The notes under the pieces are model-generated. The model did no database searches. It had not been told where the DNA came from and was given only the letters and a program-made list of their open reading frames with translations. From Guillardia theta CCMP2712 (taxonomy: Eukaryota; Protista; Cryptophyta), in assembly GCF_000315625.1 (NCBI RefSeq), contig NW_005434645.1, positions 233,925 to 297,924 on the forward strand: DNA of 64,000 bases. The letters run 5' to 3'. The position numbers and the translations under genes were made by a program. Below, one piece after another: positions 50,652 through 63,946 of the stretch (position 1 is its first letter; every line of letters starts with the position of its first letter).

Positions 50652-51282
50652 CCTTATGGAAATTTGTTGACCTTGTTGGACCTGGTGTTTGAACTTGTAA
50701 GTAGAGATAATGTATACCTAATCATCTCCGGGATGATGGAACGAGTCAGGATGGAAAAAGATCAGAATGATCACTATAACTATCGCCATCATCTAAAATC
50801 ATACATATCGACATCATGCACGTCCACATCGTCGTTTATCATGTATATTAACATGATATACATCTACAACATCTTCTATCTTATGTATCCACATCATCAT
50901 CAACATCTTCATTGTTTCAGCTTGATCAGCATCTTTGGCCTCGTCCTTGTTTATCCTGTCTTCCTCGCTCCTTGTTTATCCTGTCTTCCAACACGCCAAT
51001 TCAAAAAACTTGAACAGTGATGGCCCGGTTGGGGATGAGGGCGCTTTCCGGGCCCCGCCGCCCACCAACCGAGTCGGATCATCATGGCATGCGGATCGGA
51101 ACTTCGGATCACGCCGGGTACCTCCGAAGCGCCTCCGGCGGCCTGCGTGTGACTCGTTACGGACTCCGGGACGCCTCACCGTGGCACCGCCCGGGGGCCC
51201 GGGCTGTAATCTATCCTTGAATGCAGCTTGGAATGCTGCCCGGTTACACTGGTTCAGTCGCCGGGAACTGACTTGGAACCTT

Positions 51283-51383
51283 CTTTACTCAAAGTTAAGT
51301 TAAAGATCACTTCGAGCCGGGACCGTTGAATCAGGAGATGTCGCACTGGCCAAACCGCGAGAAGAGAAAAGACAGCGAGAACC
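51283..51383 (+). repeat. dispersed repeat family A copy (internally deleted)
   Basis: ctttactcaaagttaagttaaagatca...aatcaggaga.tgtcgcactggccaaac..cgagaagagaaaagacagcgagaacc. Confidence 0.8.
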
Positions 51384-52028
51384 TGGGAACAGTGCTGCCA
51401 GGCCGGCCGGGCCTCACCGGGGCCGGGAGGCTCAGTGACTCACCGGTGCCGACAGTCGGACCGCCGCCGGTGGATTTCAGCCTGGCAGGGATTCAAGTTT
51501 AGTCAGGATCGGATTTTAAGTTAGTCAGATTTCCCCAGGGTCAGGAAGGGGATGGGGGCTCCTCCCAAAGAAGTAGGAGGGAATGAACGAGGAACTCGAT
51601 AGTTCCGCGGGGGGGGAGGGGGGGAGGGGAGGTAGGTGTTGGGGGAGCGGGGGGCGGGAGCGAAGTGGAGGAGGAGGAGGAGGACGAAGAGGAAGAGAGG
51701 GAGGAGAGGAGGTAGGATAATCGGGGAGTATCAGAGCCTGGAGGATCAGGGAGAGGAACAATGGGGAGTGATTCTGGGAACAGTCTTATTGCATGTAGGA
51801 ATCTTACCAGCATCCAGAAACCACTTTGTTACTCTGTACCTTCCCTGTGTTTGAAGGAGGGAAATTCACCTAGCGCTTTTCCTGCTCCACTCTGACGGAA
51901 TACCGTTCAGATACCTCCTCCTCAAAATGATCGCCTCAAATTCCCCTCTGATTTTTGTTTGTCTCGGGTACAGGGCATGGGGTTCTAACTAAACCGGAGC
52001 ACCCCCTAATCCAACCATCACACTCGCC

Positions 52029-55000
52029 ATGGCAGAGAAGCGGAAAGCAGATTCCTCCCAGGGCCTGATGGGCATGATCAAGCAGCAGCTGAGCGACATG
52101 CCCTCTCAGAACAAGAAGCCGCGCCAGGCCGAGAAGAACATGGGCGCTGACCCTGTCCAAACCCTCTTCAACAGGCTCAAGGACATCAGAGACGACTTCT
52201 ACAAGAGGGTGAGTGAGCGAGCAGCTGCTTGCAGCCCCTCTGAGCGCCTGATGGTGGCCAGGGGGACATGGGCGCTTGCAACGTCGAGATAGAAGCCAAG
52301 CTGGGGCTCATCGTCTCCTCTGAGACCGGAGGGAGGACGGGAGCCTTCACCCCCGGGGCAGGAGCGATTGAGATGCTTCCTGGAGTGATGAAGGGGAAGA
52401 AGTTCGTGTCCGGAGTGTCGAGGAAAGACTTCGAGAGCTTCAAGAGGCTGCAGGAGGTACCTAGCCTTGCTGAGAAGGTCGCCAAGAAGACGCACGCGTA
52501 CACCTACAACGACGACCAGCGGATCCAGACGGACGAGGAGGGGAACGTGATACTTGAGATGAAGACCCGAGAGCTGGAGTTCCAGATTCACCTTCCCTCC
52601 TGTCCATGTACGAAAGGAGACCCTCGTGCCATCTCGCGGCCGCTGACGTGCTTGTTGTCAACCAGATGATTGCAGGATCACAGTCTCCATCGAGAAGCCT
52701 CTGGAGCAGAGCGAGAAGGTAGTGGTGAAGGAGGGATGGCACTCCCACAGAGTCAAGGACCGAGCTTCCTTCGTCGATCTCAAGGCTCGGCACGGACACC
52801 CGAAGGTTTCTCAATGGCAGGCAGACTTCACTCGAGTCGCGACCTCAGTCCAGCGAGACCCGACGGTGGAGGAGACGTTTGAGGTGGAGCTGGAGCTGAA
52901 GGTGGAGGCTGGAGTTTGGCTCGACGTCCACCTGACCTGACATGCCCAAGGCGGAAGAATGCAAGTCATGGATACAGGCGAACGAAGCTGAGGATGCAAA
53001 GCAGAAGGTCCGAGGGTCCCAGCAAGGCTCCTGCTGGATTGACACGCCTGCTGACAGACTGGCGACATCGCAAGGGACCTGTGGAATCGTATCAGCCAGA
53101 TGATGCCGAGGGAACAGACTGCTGGCAAACTTGTAGAGGTGGGCCCTGTGATTCACTTCCCCTCGTCTGACGTCGCTTGAATCTCAAGGTCAAGGACTAC
53201 GCGGTGGAGGAGGCAGCGCAGCGCGTTTGCGTTGCCTGCTTTGACTCGGCGGAGGCCAACAACTCGGTCAAGTTTGAGTTTCCCGGTATCATGACATGAG
53301 GCTGCGTGTGGGAGGAAGGGGTCTGACGCATCGAGGAAGGGACTATGCCCATCGGCTTCAGCCGCAAGTCGATTGAGAAGGTGAAGTTTCAAAGAAGGTG
53401 AGGCGTCTCCGTGCTCAGCCTCCTTCAGGTGCAGAAAGAGAGCTACATGGTGTCCGAGAAGACGGATGGGGTGATCTCCTCCTCCTGATCCCCCTCCTTC
53501 TCCCCCCCCTCCTGATCCTGATCCTGATCCTGATCCTGATCCTGATCCTGATCCTCCTCCTCCTCCTCCTCCTCCTCCTTCTCTCCCACCTTATCCTCCT
53601 CCTTCTCATCCTAATCGTCGTTGTCATCGTCTCTTTTTCTCTTCGGCTCCTCGTCGTTCTTCTCTTCTTCTTCGATTCGATTCATGTTATGGACTCGCTG
53701 ACACAGCTCTTTCTCAGATCCGCTACCTCCTTGCCTGCGTCGCTTCTCCCGGTCGAGCCGGGCCTTGTTTCCTGTTCTGCTTCCTGACCCTCTGAGAAGA
53801 GGCTGGGAAGCCGCCCGTCGCTGTACTTCTCGACAGGAAGTTCAAGGCCTGGACGATGGTGCGAAATGAAGGACAGGGGCCGGCGGGTTGACGCAGCCAT
53901 GCAGGAGGGGATGGAGGAGATCGGGGCTGCTCTGGGCGTTGGGACTGTTCTTGATGGAGAGGTTGTGAATCTCTCCCTCCCTCCCTCCCTCCCTCCTCTC
54001 CCTCCCCCTCCTTCCCTCCCTCCTCTCCCTCTTACCCGCATACAAGATTGTGCGCAACCGAAGTTGGAAGAGAGACATTTTCATGACCTTCGACGCTCTG
54101 TCCTGGTGAGCCCTAGAGCTTCGAGAGTTGAAGAGTTCTGACGTGGCAGCTCCCAGCGGCGAGCGATCGGTTGTCAAGGACGAGCTCAAGAAGCGACTTG
54201 CCTACCTACAGGCCTCAGCGCCCCCCCCCTCCCCTCCCCCCCGTCTCCTCCTCTCCTGCTATCCTTCCAACCCACCCTTCCTCTCCCGANNNNNNNNNNN
54301 NNNNNNNNNNNNNNNNNNNNNNNNNNNNNNNNNNNNNNNNNNNNNNNNNNNNNNNNNNNNNNNNNNNNNNNNNNNNNNNNNNNNNNNNNNNNNNNNNNNN
54401 NNNNNNNNNNNNNNNNNNNNNNNNNNNNNNNNNNNNNNNNNNNNNNNTCCCTCCCTCCTCCTCCCTTCCTCCTTCCCACCTCCCTCGCCTTAACCTCCCT
54501 TCCCCACCTCGCCTCCCTCGCCTTCGGTCCCTCCCTCCCTCCCTTCCCTCCCTCCCTCCCTTCCTCCCTCCCTCCCTCCCTCCCTCCCTCCCTCCCTCCC
54601 TCCCCTCTTCTCCCCCCACCTGAACCTGCTGTGTTGCAGCAAGGGGCCGACCGCGTCGATTTCACCGACCACATTCACCTCGGCAAGAAACTCGCGTGCG
54701 CTTGCGCTGCGTCGCTGATGGGGAGCTGTTGGGCAGGGAAGGAAGAGAAGTACAGACTGCTGGGCGACCTCGGGCATCAGAGCAGCCTGGTTGATGATGC
54801 AGCAACACCGCCCCTCCCGTCCTCTCGCTCTCCTCTCCTCCTCTTGCTCTCCTCCTACCCTCCTCCTCCTACCCTCCTCCCCTTGTGCCACTCGTTCCCA
54901 TCTCCTCCTCTTGCTCCAGTTCCCCACGCCTCTCCTCTTGTTAACTTTCCTCCCTGTAGATCACCGAGTGGGAGTACTGCGCCGACCAGGGCGCCTGGAT

Positions 55001-55640
55001 CTACAAGATGCCCAGGTCTGTTGAGTTGGGTGCAGAGCTGGGCTCGGGCCGGTGGGCCTGCTGACTGACCTGCTGGGTCCAGACCTGACAAGAAGAAGCC
55101 CAACTTCTCGAGGACAGTCCTAGCGACCATCATGGAGATCGCGGAGGGGGTATAAGGAGCTGAGAAATCTCCGCGTTGCCAGCTGACCCTGACCTCGACG
55201 TCAGATGGACATCGAGGAGCTGGAGTACCGCCTCACCTTTAGGAACCCAGAGGAGGATGACTGGACGTACCAGGTGACCCGCTGCCTCCTCCCCTGCCTC
55301 CCCTGCCTCCCTCCCCTCTCCCCTTCCCTTGCCTTCCCACTTCTGCTCTGCTCTTCCTCCTGGATTACCCATCTCCTCCCGCCCTCCCCACTGTCTTGGT
55401 CGCGCCATGACATCTCTACAGATCGACAAGAAGCGGAAAGAAATCCTCGCCACCCGCCTGCAGAGCAACGGCAGCCATCACTAGCTGGGCTAACCCTAGC
55501 TGACCTCCAGCTAATTTTCACCCTGTGTTGGGATTGAAGGCCGCAAAGTCACATAACAGAGTCTTTTCATTCATTTAAACAGATATCTACCGAGAACCTC
55601 TCCTGCAGATCAATGACCGCCTGCTGAGCTCGAGCTGGGC
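52029..55640 (+). CDS. bifunctional mRNA capping enzyme: CYTH/TTM (Cet1-type) RNA triphosphatase + guanylyltransferase
   Basis: TTM motifs VEIEAKLG, RVKDRASF, WQADFTRV, FEVELEL. GTase motifs FPGTMPIGFSR, YMVSEKTDG-IRYLL, TVLDGE, FMTFDAL, and RPDKKKPN near the C-terminus. Confidence 0.88.
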
Positions 55641-55641
55641 T

Positions 55642-58486
55642 CTAGGAGATGTGGTCCTTGTGCACAGTATGCAGCTGGGGAGGCTGCGACATCTCAACCG
55701 TCACGGCCGTGATCGCTATGTCAGCCGATGAGTTCGCCTCCCCAACCTCCATCCTGATCTCCTCCGGCATCTCCTTGGGCTTGATGGAGAGCGTGGAGGG
55801 GCTGCCGGGGAAGGAGGAGAAGGAGGGGCGGATCATGGGCGAGACAGCTGGGGAGGGCAGGTTGCGCTGCATCCAGGTCTCGATGGCACGGAGCATCCTA
55901 CCTCCGGAGAGCTTCGTCCTCCTCTCCGTCATGCGCGTGCGCAGGACCGTCAGGAGCTTCGTGCTGGGGTTCTCGCCGGACTGGCCGATCTCGTGGTCGA
56001 TCCTGAGACTGCGGGGGCAGGAGAGTCAGCGAAGGGGAGGGAGGGGAGGGGAGAACACTCACGCTCTTCCTGCCGGGCAGCACCGGGACAGCTGGGACCC
56101 GTCGAAGAGGCCGAAGTAGGCTTGGCTCATCTGCTCGTTGGAGGTGCAGGCGGGCAGGAGCACGACGTCCTTGTTCAGCTGTGCCGTCACTGCCGACGCC
56201 GCCAGCCGGTTCTGGGAGACGAAGTCGTGGATGGGGATCGCGTCTAGGATCGCAAACGCCTCCGTCCAGCGCAGCTCCTTCATCAGCACGCAGATTTTGA
56301 TCGTCTTCCCCTTCTCCGTCAAGAACTCCTGCAGCGACTCCAGCAGCGCCAGCGCGTTCAGGTCGTTGTCCATCGCCAGCACGATGCTCTGGAGCCCCTC
56401 CATCCTGTCCATGAGCTGGAACAGCTCCGAGCAGCGTTCTAAGTAGCACGTGCTATCCATGGTGCACTCGAGCTGCTCATAACCCTTCGTCTCCACCTTC
56501 TCTGACTTCCATTGCTTCCCCTCTCCTGCCAGCTCCACCGTTGGCATAACTTTGCGCGGGGAGATGGGTGGGCTACCAGGTGGAGTATCAGCTGGGGTTT
56601 CCTGGAACTCCTTGGAGACGCGAGGGCTGTTTCCTCCCTTAGAGACTACGATCTTGACGTCGGTGGGAGCTGAAGACGTGCTGGACTCGCCACTGATGGA
56701 GGTCTGCTTCTTGAAGAGCTCCTCCTCCAGGTCCATGCTCATGGCAATGGCGTGAAAGTTGTCCTCGATGGCGACGGCGGGAGCAGGCGGGGGTTCGAGC
56801 CCGCTCTGAAGGGCGCAGCTGATCTCCTCGGTCCTGACCTCCTCCTGTAGTAGTCAAGTCAGCAAGACAGAGGAGGAGGAGGAGGACAGCAAGATAGAGG
56901 AGGAGGAGGAGGAGGAGGAGGGAGGAATATTTCGCTCTTACCGCCCACTCGTTGATCACTTCCCTGACGCTGTGCATCTCCTTCTCGTCCGACGTCAGCA
57001 TGACGACTCCCCACCTCTCCTTCAGCAGCGTGATCGACAGCGCCTTTGACATGGGCGTGCACCCGACAATGAGCGCCTTGTTGCGATCCGAGAAGTGCAC
57101 CGCGTGCGGGTCGGCCTCTGCCTCGTCCTGCGCCTCGTTCCCCGACGCTCTCCCCGTCTCCCCAGACCATCGGAGCGCGAGCTTGCAGAGGATGGGCCCG
57201 GCAATCTGGTTCACAATCACCACAGATATGATGACGGCCTGGAACTTCCTCCCCCATGTATCGAACTTGGACGCCACTTGAGCAGCGAGACCGAGAGAGA
57301 ACCCGGCCTGAGAGATCAGGGTCATCCAGATGGTCAGGTTCAGCGCCTTCGGCTGCCCAACGGCCCACCCTGCTCCCGAGGTCCCGGCAAAGATGCAGGC
57401 AGCACGGACGACCGCGACGATGACAGCGAAGCCGATGGAGCGGACGAAGGTCTCGAGGTCGAGGCTGGCACCGACAAGGGTGAAGAAGGGGAGGAAGATG
57501 TAGGGAGCAGCGATCTGAAGTGCCTCGCAGAAGCGATGGTGGAAGCTGCTGAAGTTGACGCACACGAAGCCTCCTACAATGCACATGAGGAGCGGCTCCA
57601 GGTGAAGGGTCTTGTCCTCGGGAAGCTGCTTGGCGACGGCCTCAGCGAAGATGCCACTGCAGAGGAAGACGAGGAAGCCGAGGGGAAAGACGAGGGCCCT
57701 GACGAAGAACCGGCTGAAGACCATCAGGAGCATGAACATGTACCCAATGATGACGCCGATGATGAGGGAGACTACGATCATCGCGATCACGATCCCCAAG
57801 GAAGATCCCTCGAACGGCAGCCCCTTGCATGAAGAGCCCGCGTAGGAGACTGTGATAGTGACAGAGATGAGGACGAACAGGTCCGATAGCACGGTGATGC
57901 CCAGCATCGTCGACGTCATCGTCCCCTTGCACCGCAACTCCTTGACGATCGCAATGGCCGTGGCCGGGCTTCTCGCTATGCAGATGGAGGCCATGACCAT
58001 CGCCACAGCCCACCTGCAGTCACTGGGATAGCCGCTGATCCACGACAGCATGCTCGACGACGACAGCAGGCCGACGACTGTCGTGCAGAGAGCGAAGGTG
58101 AAGAAGGCAATGGCCGTCGTCTGCGCCACCAACCCCTTGAAGAGCGGCTTCAGCTCGTGGATGTGCAGCTCGGCTCCAGCAGAGGTGGAGATGTACGCGA
58201 GCGCAAACATGTTGATCCAGGCAAGGCTAGCCACCTCCTCCTGCGTGATGATCTTCAAGGAAAAAGGTCCGATAATGGCGCCAACCACGATGTACCCGGT
58301 GATGAGGGGGAGGCCGACGAGAGGGAAGTAGGGCCCGACCAACTTAGAGGCTAGAGTCACGACCGAGAACGCTGCCCATGTTCGAGCAATCTCAGCAGGC
58401 GTACGAGTAGAATCTGAGCTCCCACCCCCCGATCGGCGATAGAGGTCGCCAATGGTATGGTTTGACATGAAGGTGAATTCCTCCAT
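55642..58486 (-). CDS. CPA2 (KefB-like) cation/H+ antiporter with degenerate RCK/TrkA-N C-terminal domain
   Basis: About 12 TM helices; LPLITGYIVVGAIIGP, AGAEL, SPATAIAIVKE, LPFFTLVGASLDL, SQAGFSLGLA, VNQIAGPIL. Then KALIVGC and IVLAMDNDLNAL. Confidence 0.88.
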
Positions 58487-59951
58487 CGCGCTTGTTCGGC
58501 TGAGGTTGGCTGGTACTTTCAAGGCTCAAAGGGTTCTAAGAGAGATGGGAGTTGATGAGAAACGATCTGATAGGGTCGGCTAGGCAAACGATTGACGGCC
58601 CATCTCAGTACGTACGGAGGTTGATGGAAGGGCTCACTGCAATTCAAAGACCCAGTGACTTGTATGAACTACCAACAATCCAATGCCTGTTCCAAGGTCC
58701 TTTGCCGGACTTGAGTTCGTCCTCGAGAGTCTTGGCTGCACTAAAGTCTCGGGCAGTGCAGACAGGGTTACTGGGCAGTAAGAATACGAAATTGGCTCTT
58801 GTCGACCTGAACAGATCAGCCACTGAGCAAGCTTCCTGCTGTGTGATGTCCGGCCAAGGATCTGGAGATGGAGCCCAAGAGGTCGTTGGCAAGAGGAAGA
58901 GGTGGAAGATCGCAGGAGAGCAAACGAGTCGCACGAGCTCGATGCAGCAGGCGAGGAGGAGGCACAAGGCAAGGGATGGGAATGTGTCTACACCCTCACC
59001 CCCTCCAGGGATCTAGAATGGAGGGGTAGGGGTGGTATTTTGGGGGATTGTTCAGATCGAGGACAAACTTCACTACCCCCCAACAGCACATAGAGGAACG
59101 TGGGTCCGATTGGGGAAAGTGATAGGTAGGGGTACTACTGGGATATTTGTGGGGGTAGGGGTACATCAAAAGAAGGATTCTTGGGGGAATTGTGGGTATT
59201 TGTCAGGTATAATAGGGGGTAGGGGTTGTTGAAACAACATGGGGTTGTCAAGATTCTTGTGATAGAACGGAGCAGAGCTTGCCAGCGTAAAATTTGACAT
59301 CTGAAGGGTGGGGTAGCGTTTGATTGAGGTAGGGGTTCCATAAATACTAGAGACAACCCCTACTTTTCTCAATTGAAAATACCGGTTATTCTGATTCACG
59401 AAGGGGTCATGCAGTGACAGTGCTTCTTCCATGGGTGGGGTGGGAGATGATGGGGAATGTTCGTTCCCCCAATTCCCAGTCCCCTTTCGGATGACACGCG
59501 GGGCTCACTAAGGGATGGGTGGGGTACCACTTGTAGGGGAAAAAGGGGTGGTTGTAGCAGAGAAAGGCAGGGGTCATAGGATCGGGTGTGACCTCCCGCA
59601 AGGAGTCACCTGGGGTGGGGTACTCCGTTCCTTGTAAGTTTCTGCTAGCAAACTTTCACCGCCCGCAGGGAGGACGACTCTCACTGAAGGTGGGGTACAA
59701 GTGGGGAAAAAGGGGGGTACATTTTTATGAGGAGTGTGGTCACTTCTATCAGTGCCCGGCCAGGGTCACGAGCCCGGCAACCACTAGTCAGTAGTCATTT
59801 AGATCATCGATTACTCAAAGCCTTAAGTTAAACTATACTACTGAACTCATTTAGAGATGATTGACGTACTCAAAGTTAAGTTAAACTATTAGGCTACTGA
59901 ACGGGTAGTTTCGGACGGCGTCGCCGGGTACGTTCACTTTCAAAAAACTTC

Positions 59952-60264
59952 CTTTACTCAAAGTTAAGTTAAAAAGCAGTACGAGGACAATCAGGAGAGA
60001 CGAGGAGGCTTGACCCTGACACTGTCGCACAGGCCAAACGGCGAGAAGAGAAAAGACAGCGAGAACCAAACCCAATCCGGGGAGTCCTGCCGCGGTGCCG
60101 ACTGCTGTCCCCCAAACTTAACTGATACCTTCACTTAACTGCGCGCAGGACACTGTCGGGATCGGACGCGGCAGTCGGCGGGACTCGGATTGGGTTTGGT
60201 TCTCGCTGTCTTTTCTCTTCTCGCCGTTTGGCCTGTGCGACAGTGTCAGGGTCAAGCCTCCTCG
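59952..60264. repeat. repeat family A copy plus inverted partial copy forming a perfect 79-bp inverted repeat
   Basis: 60001-60079 is the exact reverse complement of 60186-60264, with a 106-bp spacer. Confidence 0.92.
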
Positions 60265-60956
60265 ACTAGGAGGCTTGATGGCACCGGGCCCGGCCCGGCC
60301 GGGCACCGTACTGCGGCACCCGACCAGCCCGGACGGGGCCGGCCGCCGGATCGTACCGGGCCCCGGAGGGCAACGGAGCTCAGTATCTTTGGAAGGGGGT
60401 AGTAGATACCTACTGCAGTTCAGGGTGGGGGTTAGGATCGGATATGAGGGGTACTCGACCTCTCAAACATTGAAGCCTGATCTGTATCATTGGGAGGGTG
60501 GGTACAAAGTTTGGGGGTTGTGAGATTCCCATAGGGGGTAGGGGTGGTTCACTTCCAGGAGGATTTTGGACCAAATTAGCTGAATTTCATGCAGACGACG
60601 AGGCAGAGAGCGAGGAGTTGGTGGGCTCGAGGAAGAGGGTGCAGTATGGGGAGAGAGGAAGGATAGACGGCAAGCGAAGGGTAGGAACGGAATATCATTA
60701 ATGGGAGAGGTGGAAAGGAAGAAGGGCGGGGACTGGAAGGTTGGGACAGAGAAAGGGAGGTAGAGACAGAGACGAAATTATAGCAATAGCGCGGAATCAG
60801 TCAGAAGCTGGATTGAACGTCGATGGAGGTTCATGGAGTGAGCCTACGAGACCGAGAGGGGGTGGTAGTGTGGTTCCAATGACAGCACTCACCGAAGAAG
60901 ATTTGCTGCACACCTTCACAGTGATCCCTCTCGTGATGCTCGTTCGTGTGCAGCTC

Positions 60957-62094
60957 ATGTCAACCACCTCCTGGGTTGTGCTGCTGCTGGTTGCTTCCTT
61001 GGGACTCGCGTCGGGAACCGATGGTGCATTTTAGAGACGCTTCTGTGTCAGACATGCTGATCTGTGCACAGATGCTAAGGCCCAGCTGCACAAGATAGCT
61101 CAAGACAAGATCACCCAGGCAAGCATGTGATGACTAGAGAGCGATGTCAAGCTTACATGGCCTCATCAGCATATCTCGTCTGTTGTCCATTCAGCTCCTT
61201 CTCCTGTGCACGGGTGCGAACCTCCAAGACACGCGCGCTCTGGACTAGAAACTTGATGTTGACTGCATGGTTGACTGCAGGTCATCGACGCCGGAGCTGC
61301 ATCCGACAGTCTCCTCTCGCGCTGGACCATCAAGCCTGGGGACCAACGACGACGACGACGACGACGAGCCTGGGCTGTCGATGGGTAAGGGGACGTTCCT
61401 AGTGAGTTGTGGTGTTGAGGAACAAGTCAGATGGAAGCGTCGGCAACGTCGGAGGGACTTACGGAGTGATGAAGCACTTCGGGTCGGCGCTGGGCCTGAA
61501 CAAGCTTGTGGCGAAGAACCAGAAGGACGAGAAGGCGAAGCCCGTGGCTAAGGCGTTGACGCAGTGGATCAAGGCCAAAGATCCGAAGACTGGTGAAGAC
61601 GAGGACGAGGAGTGGGAGGGGAAAGGAATGGTGCGCCTGACATGCTGCCATGCCCACCTACAGCATGGAGCAATGCGATCGGTATCGTGGGGTGCATCGG
61701 AGGAACTGTGATCTGTATTACAGCGGTGACGAGCGAGAGGGATGGGAGGAGGAGGAGGGGGAGTGACGTGGAGGCCGGTAGGTCGGGACTTACTTCATTG
61801 CGAAAGCTGAGAACAAGAAGCTGAAGAAAGCAAAGAAGCAGTAAGCTGCTGCAAGCTCAGGCTTGATCCCTCGCCTACTAACGGGTCTCTTGAAGGTCGA
61901 ACCTGCTCGGGGGAAGGTATGGCGCCGTGAAGAAGGAGGCTGACTCTGATGATGAGCCTGCCCCTCAGTATGAGCCGATGCAGGTGATGCCGTGTGAAGG
62001 GAAGAAAGATGCTGTGTGCAGGAGGGGAAGGGCTGACTTCAATGCTGACTCCTCTTCCTCCTCCTCTCTGACTTAGATGACGGACATCGTCTAG
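60957..62094 (+). CDS. small type I membrane protein, hypothetical
   Basis: Signal peptide MSTTSWVVLLLVASLGLASG; TM AIGIVGCIGGTVICITAVGTYFIA followed by a basic tail; short GT-AG introns. Confidence 0.6.
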
Positions 62095-62858
62095 TGGACT
62101 GTGAAGAGATCAGCAAACTTGGGTCGTCCATGCATCGTCCATGGACAAGGGCGGTCTGCTCCGCAAGGAACCAGCGATGCTGCTCCAGCCGTTCGAGCCT
62201 TTCTCCACCTCCTCCTCCTACTCCTCCTACTCCTCCTACTCCTCATCCTCAAGAAGTTCTCTCAATACAATCGAACTGCCCCCACCACCTCCATACGTCG
62301 AGAAGCCACACCAGTCGTCTCCTCCTCCCGCACTTTCCCCGTCCCTGTTCCTGCTCGTATCCTTGTCCCCCACCCTTCCCCCCCCCTCCTGTCCATCTGC
62401 TCTTACCTCTCTCCCTGCTACCCTCGACATCTACCCTCCCTCCCTCCTCTCCCTCTGTTCTACCCTCCCTCCCTCCTCTCCCTCTGTTCTACCCCCCCTC
62501 CCTCCTCTCCCNNNNNNNNNNNNNNNNNNNNNNNNNNNNNNNNNNNNNNNNNNNNNNNNNNNNNNNNNNNNNNNNNNNNNNNNNNNNNNNNNNNNNNNNN
62601 NNNNNNNNNNNACGTCCTACCCCCTCCCTCCCTCCTCCCTCCTCGCCTCCTACCCCCCTCCCTCCCTCCTCCCTCCTCGCCTCCTCTCGCTCCTACCCCT
62701 CCCTTCTCCTCCTCTCGCTCCTACCCCTCCCTTCTCCTCCCTCTCGCCTCCTACCCCCCCCCTCCCCCTCCCTCCTCCCCGCTCCCCCAGCGTGCGACCC
62801 CAACGAATTTCACCTCAGGGTCTCAGTGATCCCTGGAAGGAGTCAGGTAGAACCGAAG

Positions 62859-63892
62859 ATGCCGCACGGAGAGGAGGGAGGCGGCGAGGAGGCGGCGATG
62901 GAGGGGGAAAGCATGGCTGTGGTGGAGTCAGAGGACAGTCAGTCTGAGGAAGGGGCCGAGGACGGCCAGCTCTCTTCCTCCTCCCCTGCCTTCCTCAGGC
63001 AGAAAGCGGCCCAGCTCTGCTGCGACGAACTGCCCGAACTGGAGATGGCGGCAGCCAAGAGCGCCCTTGGAAGGGAGATGTTGGAGAACGGCATGGCAGA
63101 GAACGCGTATCCTCTCCTCTGCGACGTCCTGGCTGTACGAATGCTCTCCTCTCCTCTCGACGAAGCCGCCATGGCTGATACCCTGGAGTTAGTGGCAAGA
63201 GCACTAGTCGGTAAGTTCTCCCCTCCTCCCTGCTTCTCCCGCTCACGGAAGTGCAGGGAAGAATCAGCATGGCGAAGCCATCGCGCGGTACGAGGAGGCG
63301 CTGTCGGTGCATCAGAGCTTGAGGGATGAAGCGGCCATGAAGCGCTGCCTGGAGGCTATGGGAGGACTATACATGCAGCAGGCAAGTCGTGGTCCTTCCT
63401 CCTCCTCCTCTCCTCCTCCTCGTCCTCCTTTTTCTCCTCGTCCTCATCCTCGTCCTCGTCCTCGTCCTCGTCCTCATCCTCGTCCTCGTCCTCCTCCTCC
63501 TCCTCCTCCTCCTCCTCCCCCATGATGACAGCATGGCAGGGAAACCTTGACAAGGCGGTGGACATATACAATCGATGCTCAAACCTCTCCTCCTTCCCTT
63601 CTCCGTCTCCTCCTGCGTCTCCTCCTCCCCAAGGCGACGCCAGCACCGTGAAAGACCGGCCACACGAGCAGAGCTCGGCCGTGGGCAGCGCAGAGCCTAA
63701 TGGCGTCTCCCCTCTGAGCGCAGGGAGACTTCATGTATGCCGAGCACGTTTCAGGTTGGAAGTGATACTGGAGGTTGCAGGACTTGCGAATGGCAGGGGA
63801 TCAGGCAATGCTGCACAATATGGAGATTATGATGGACAAGTGAGTGGTGAGGGTGGGGAGAGGAAATGTATGATGGAGATGATGATGATGGA

Positions 63893-63946
<54 letters not shown>

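Noticed and set aside
58552-59016. 154-aa + strand ORF upstream of the antiporter
   Set aside because: No domain or splice support; probably a chance ORF in the promoter/UTR region.
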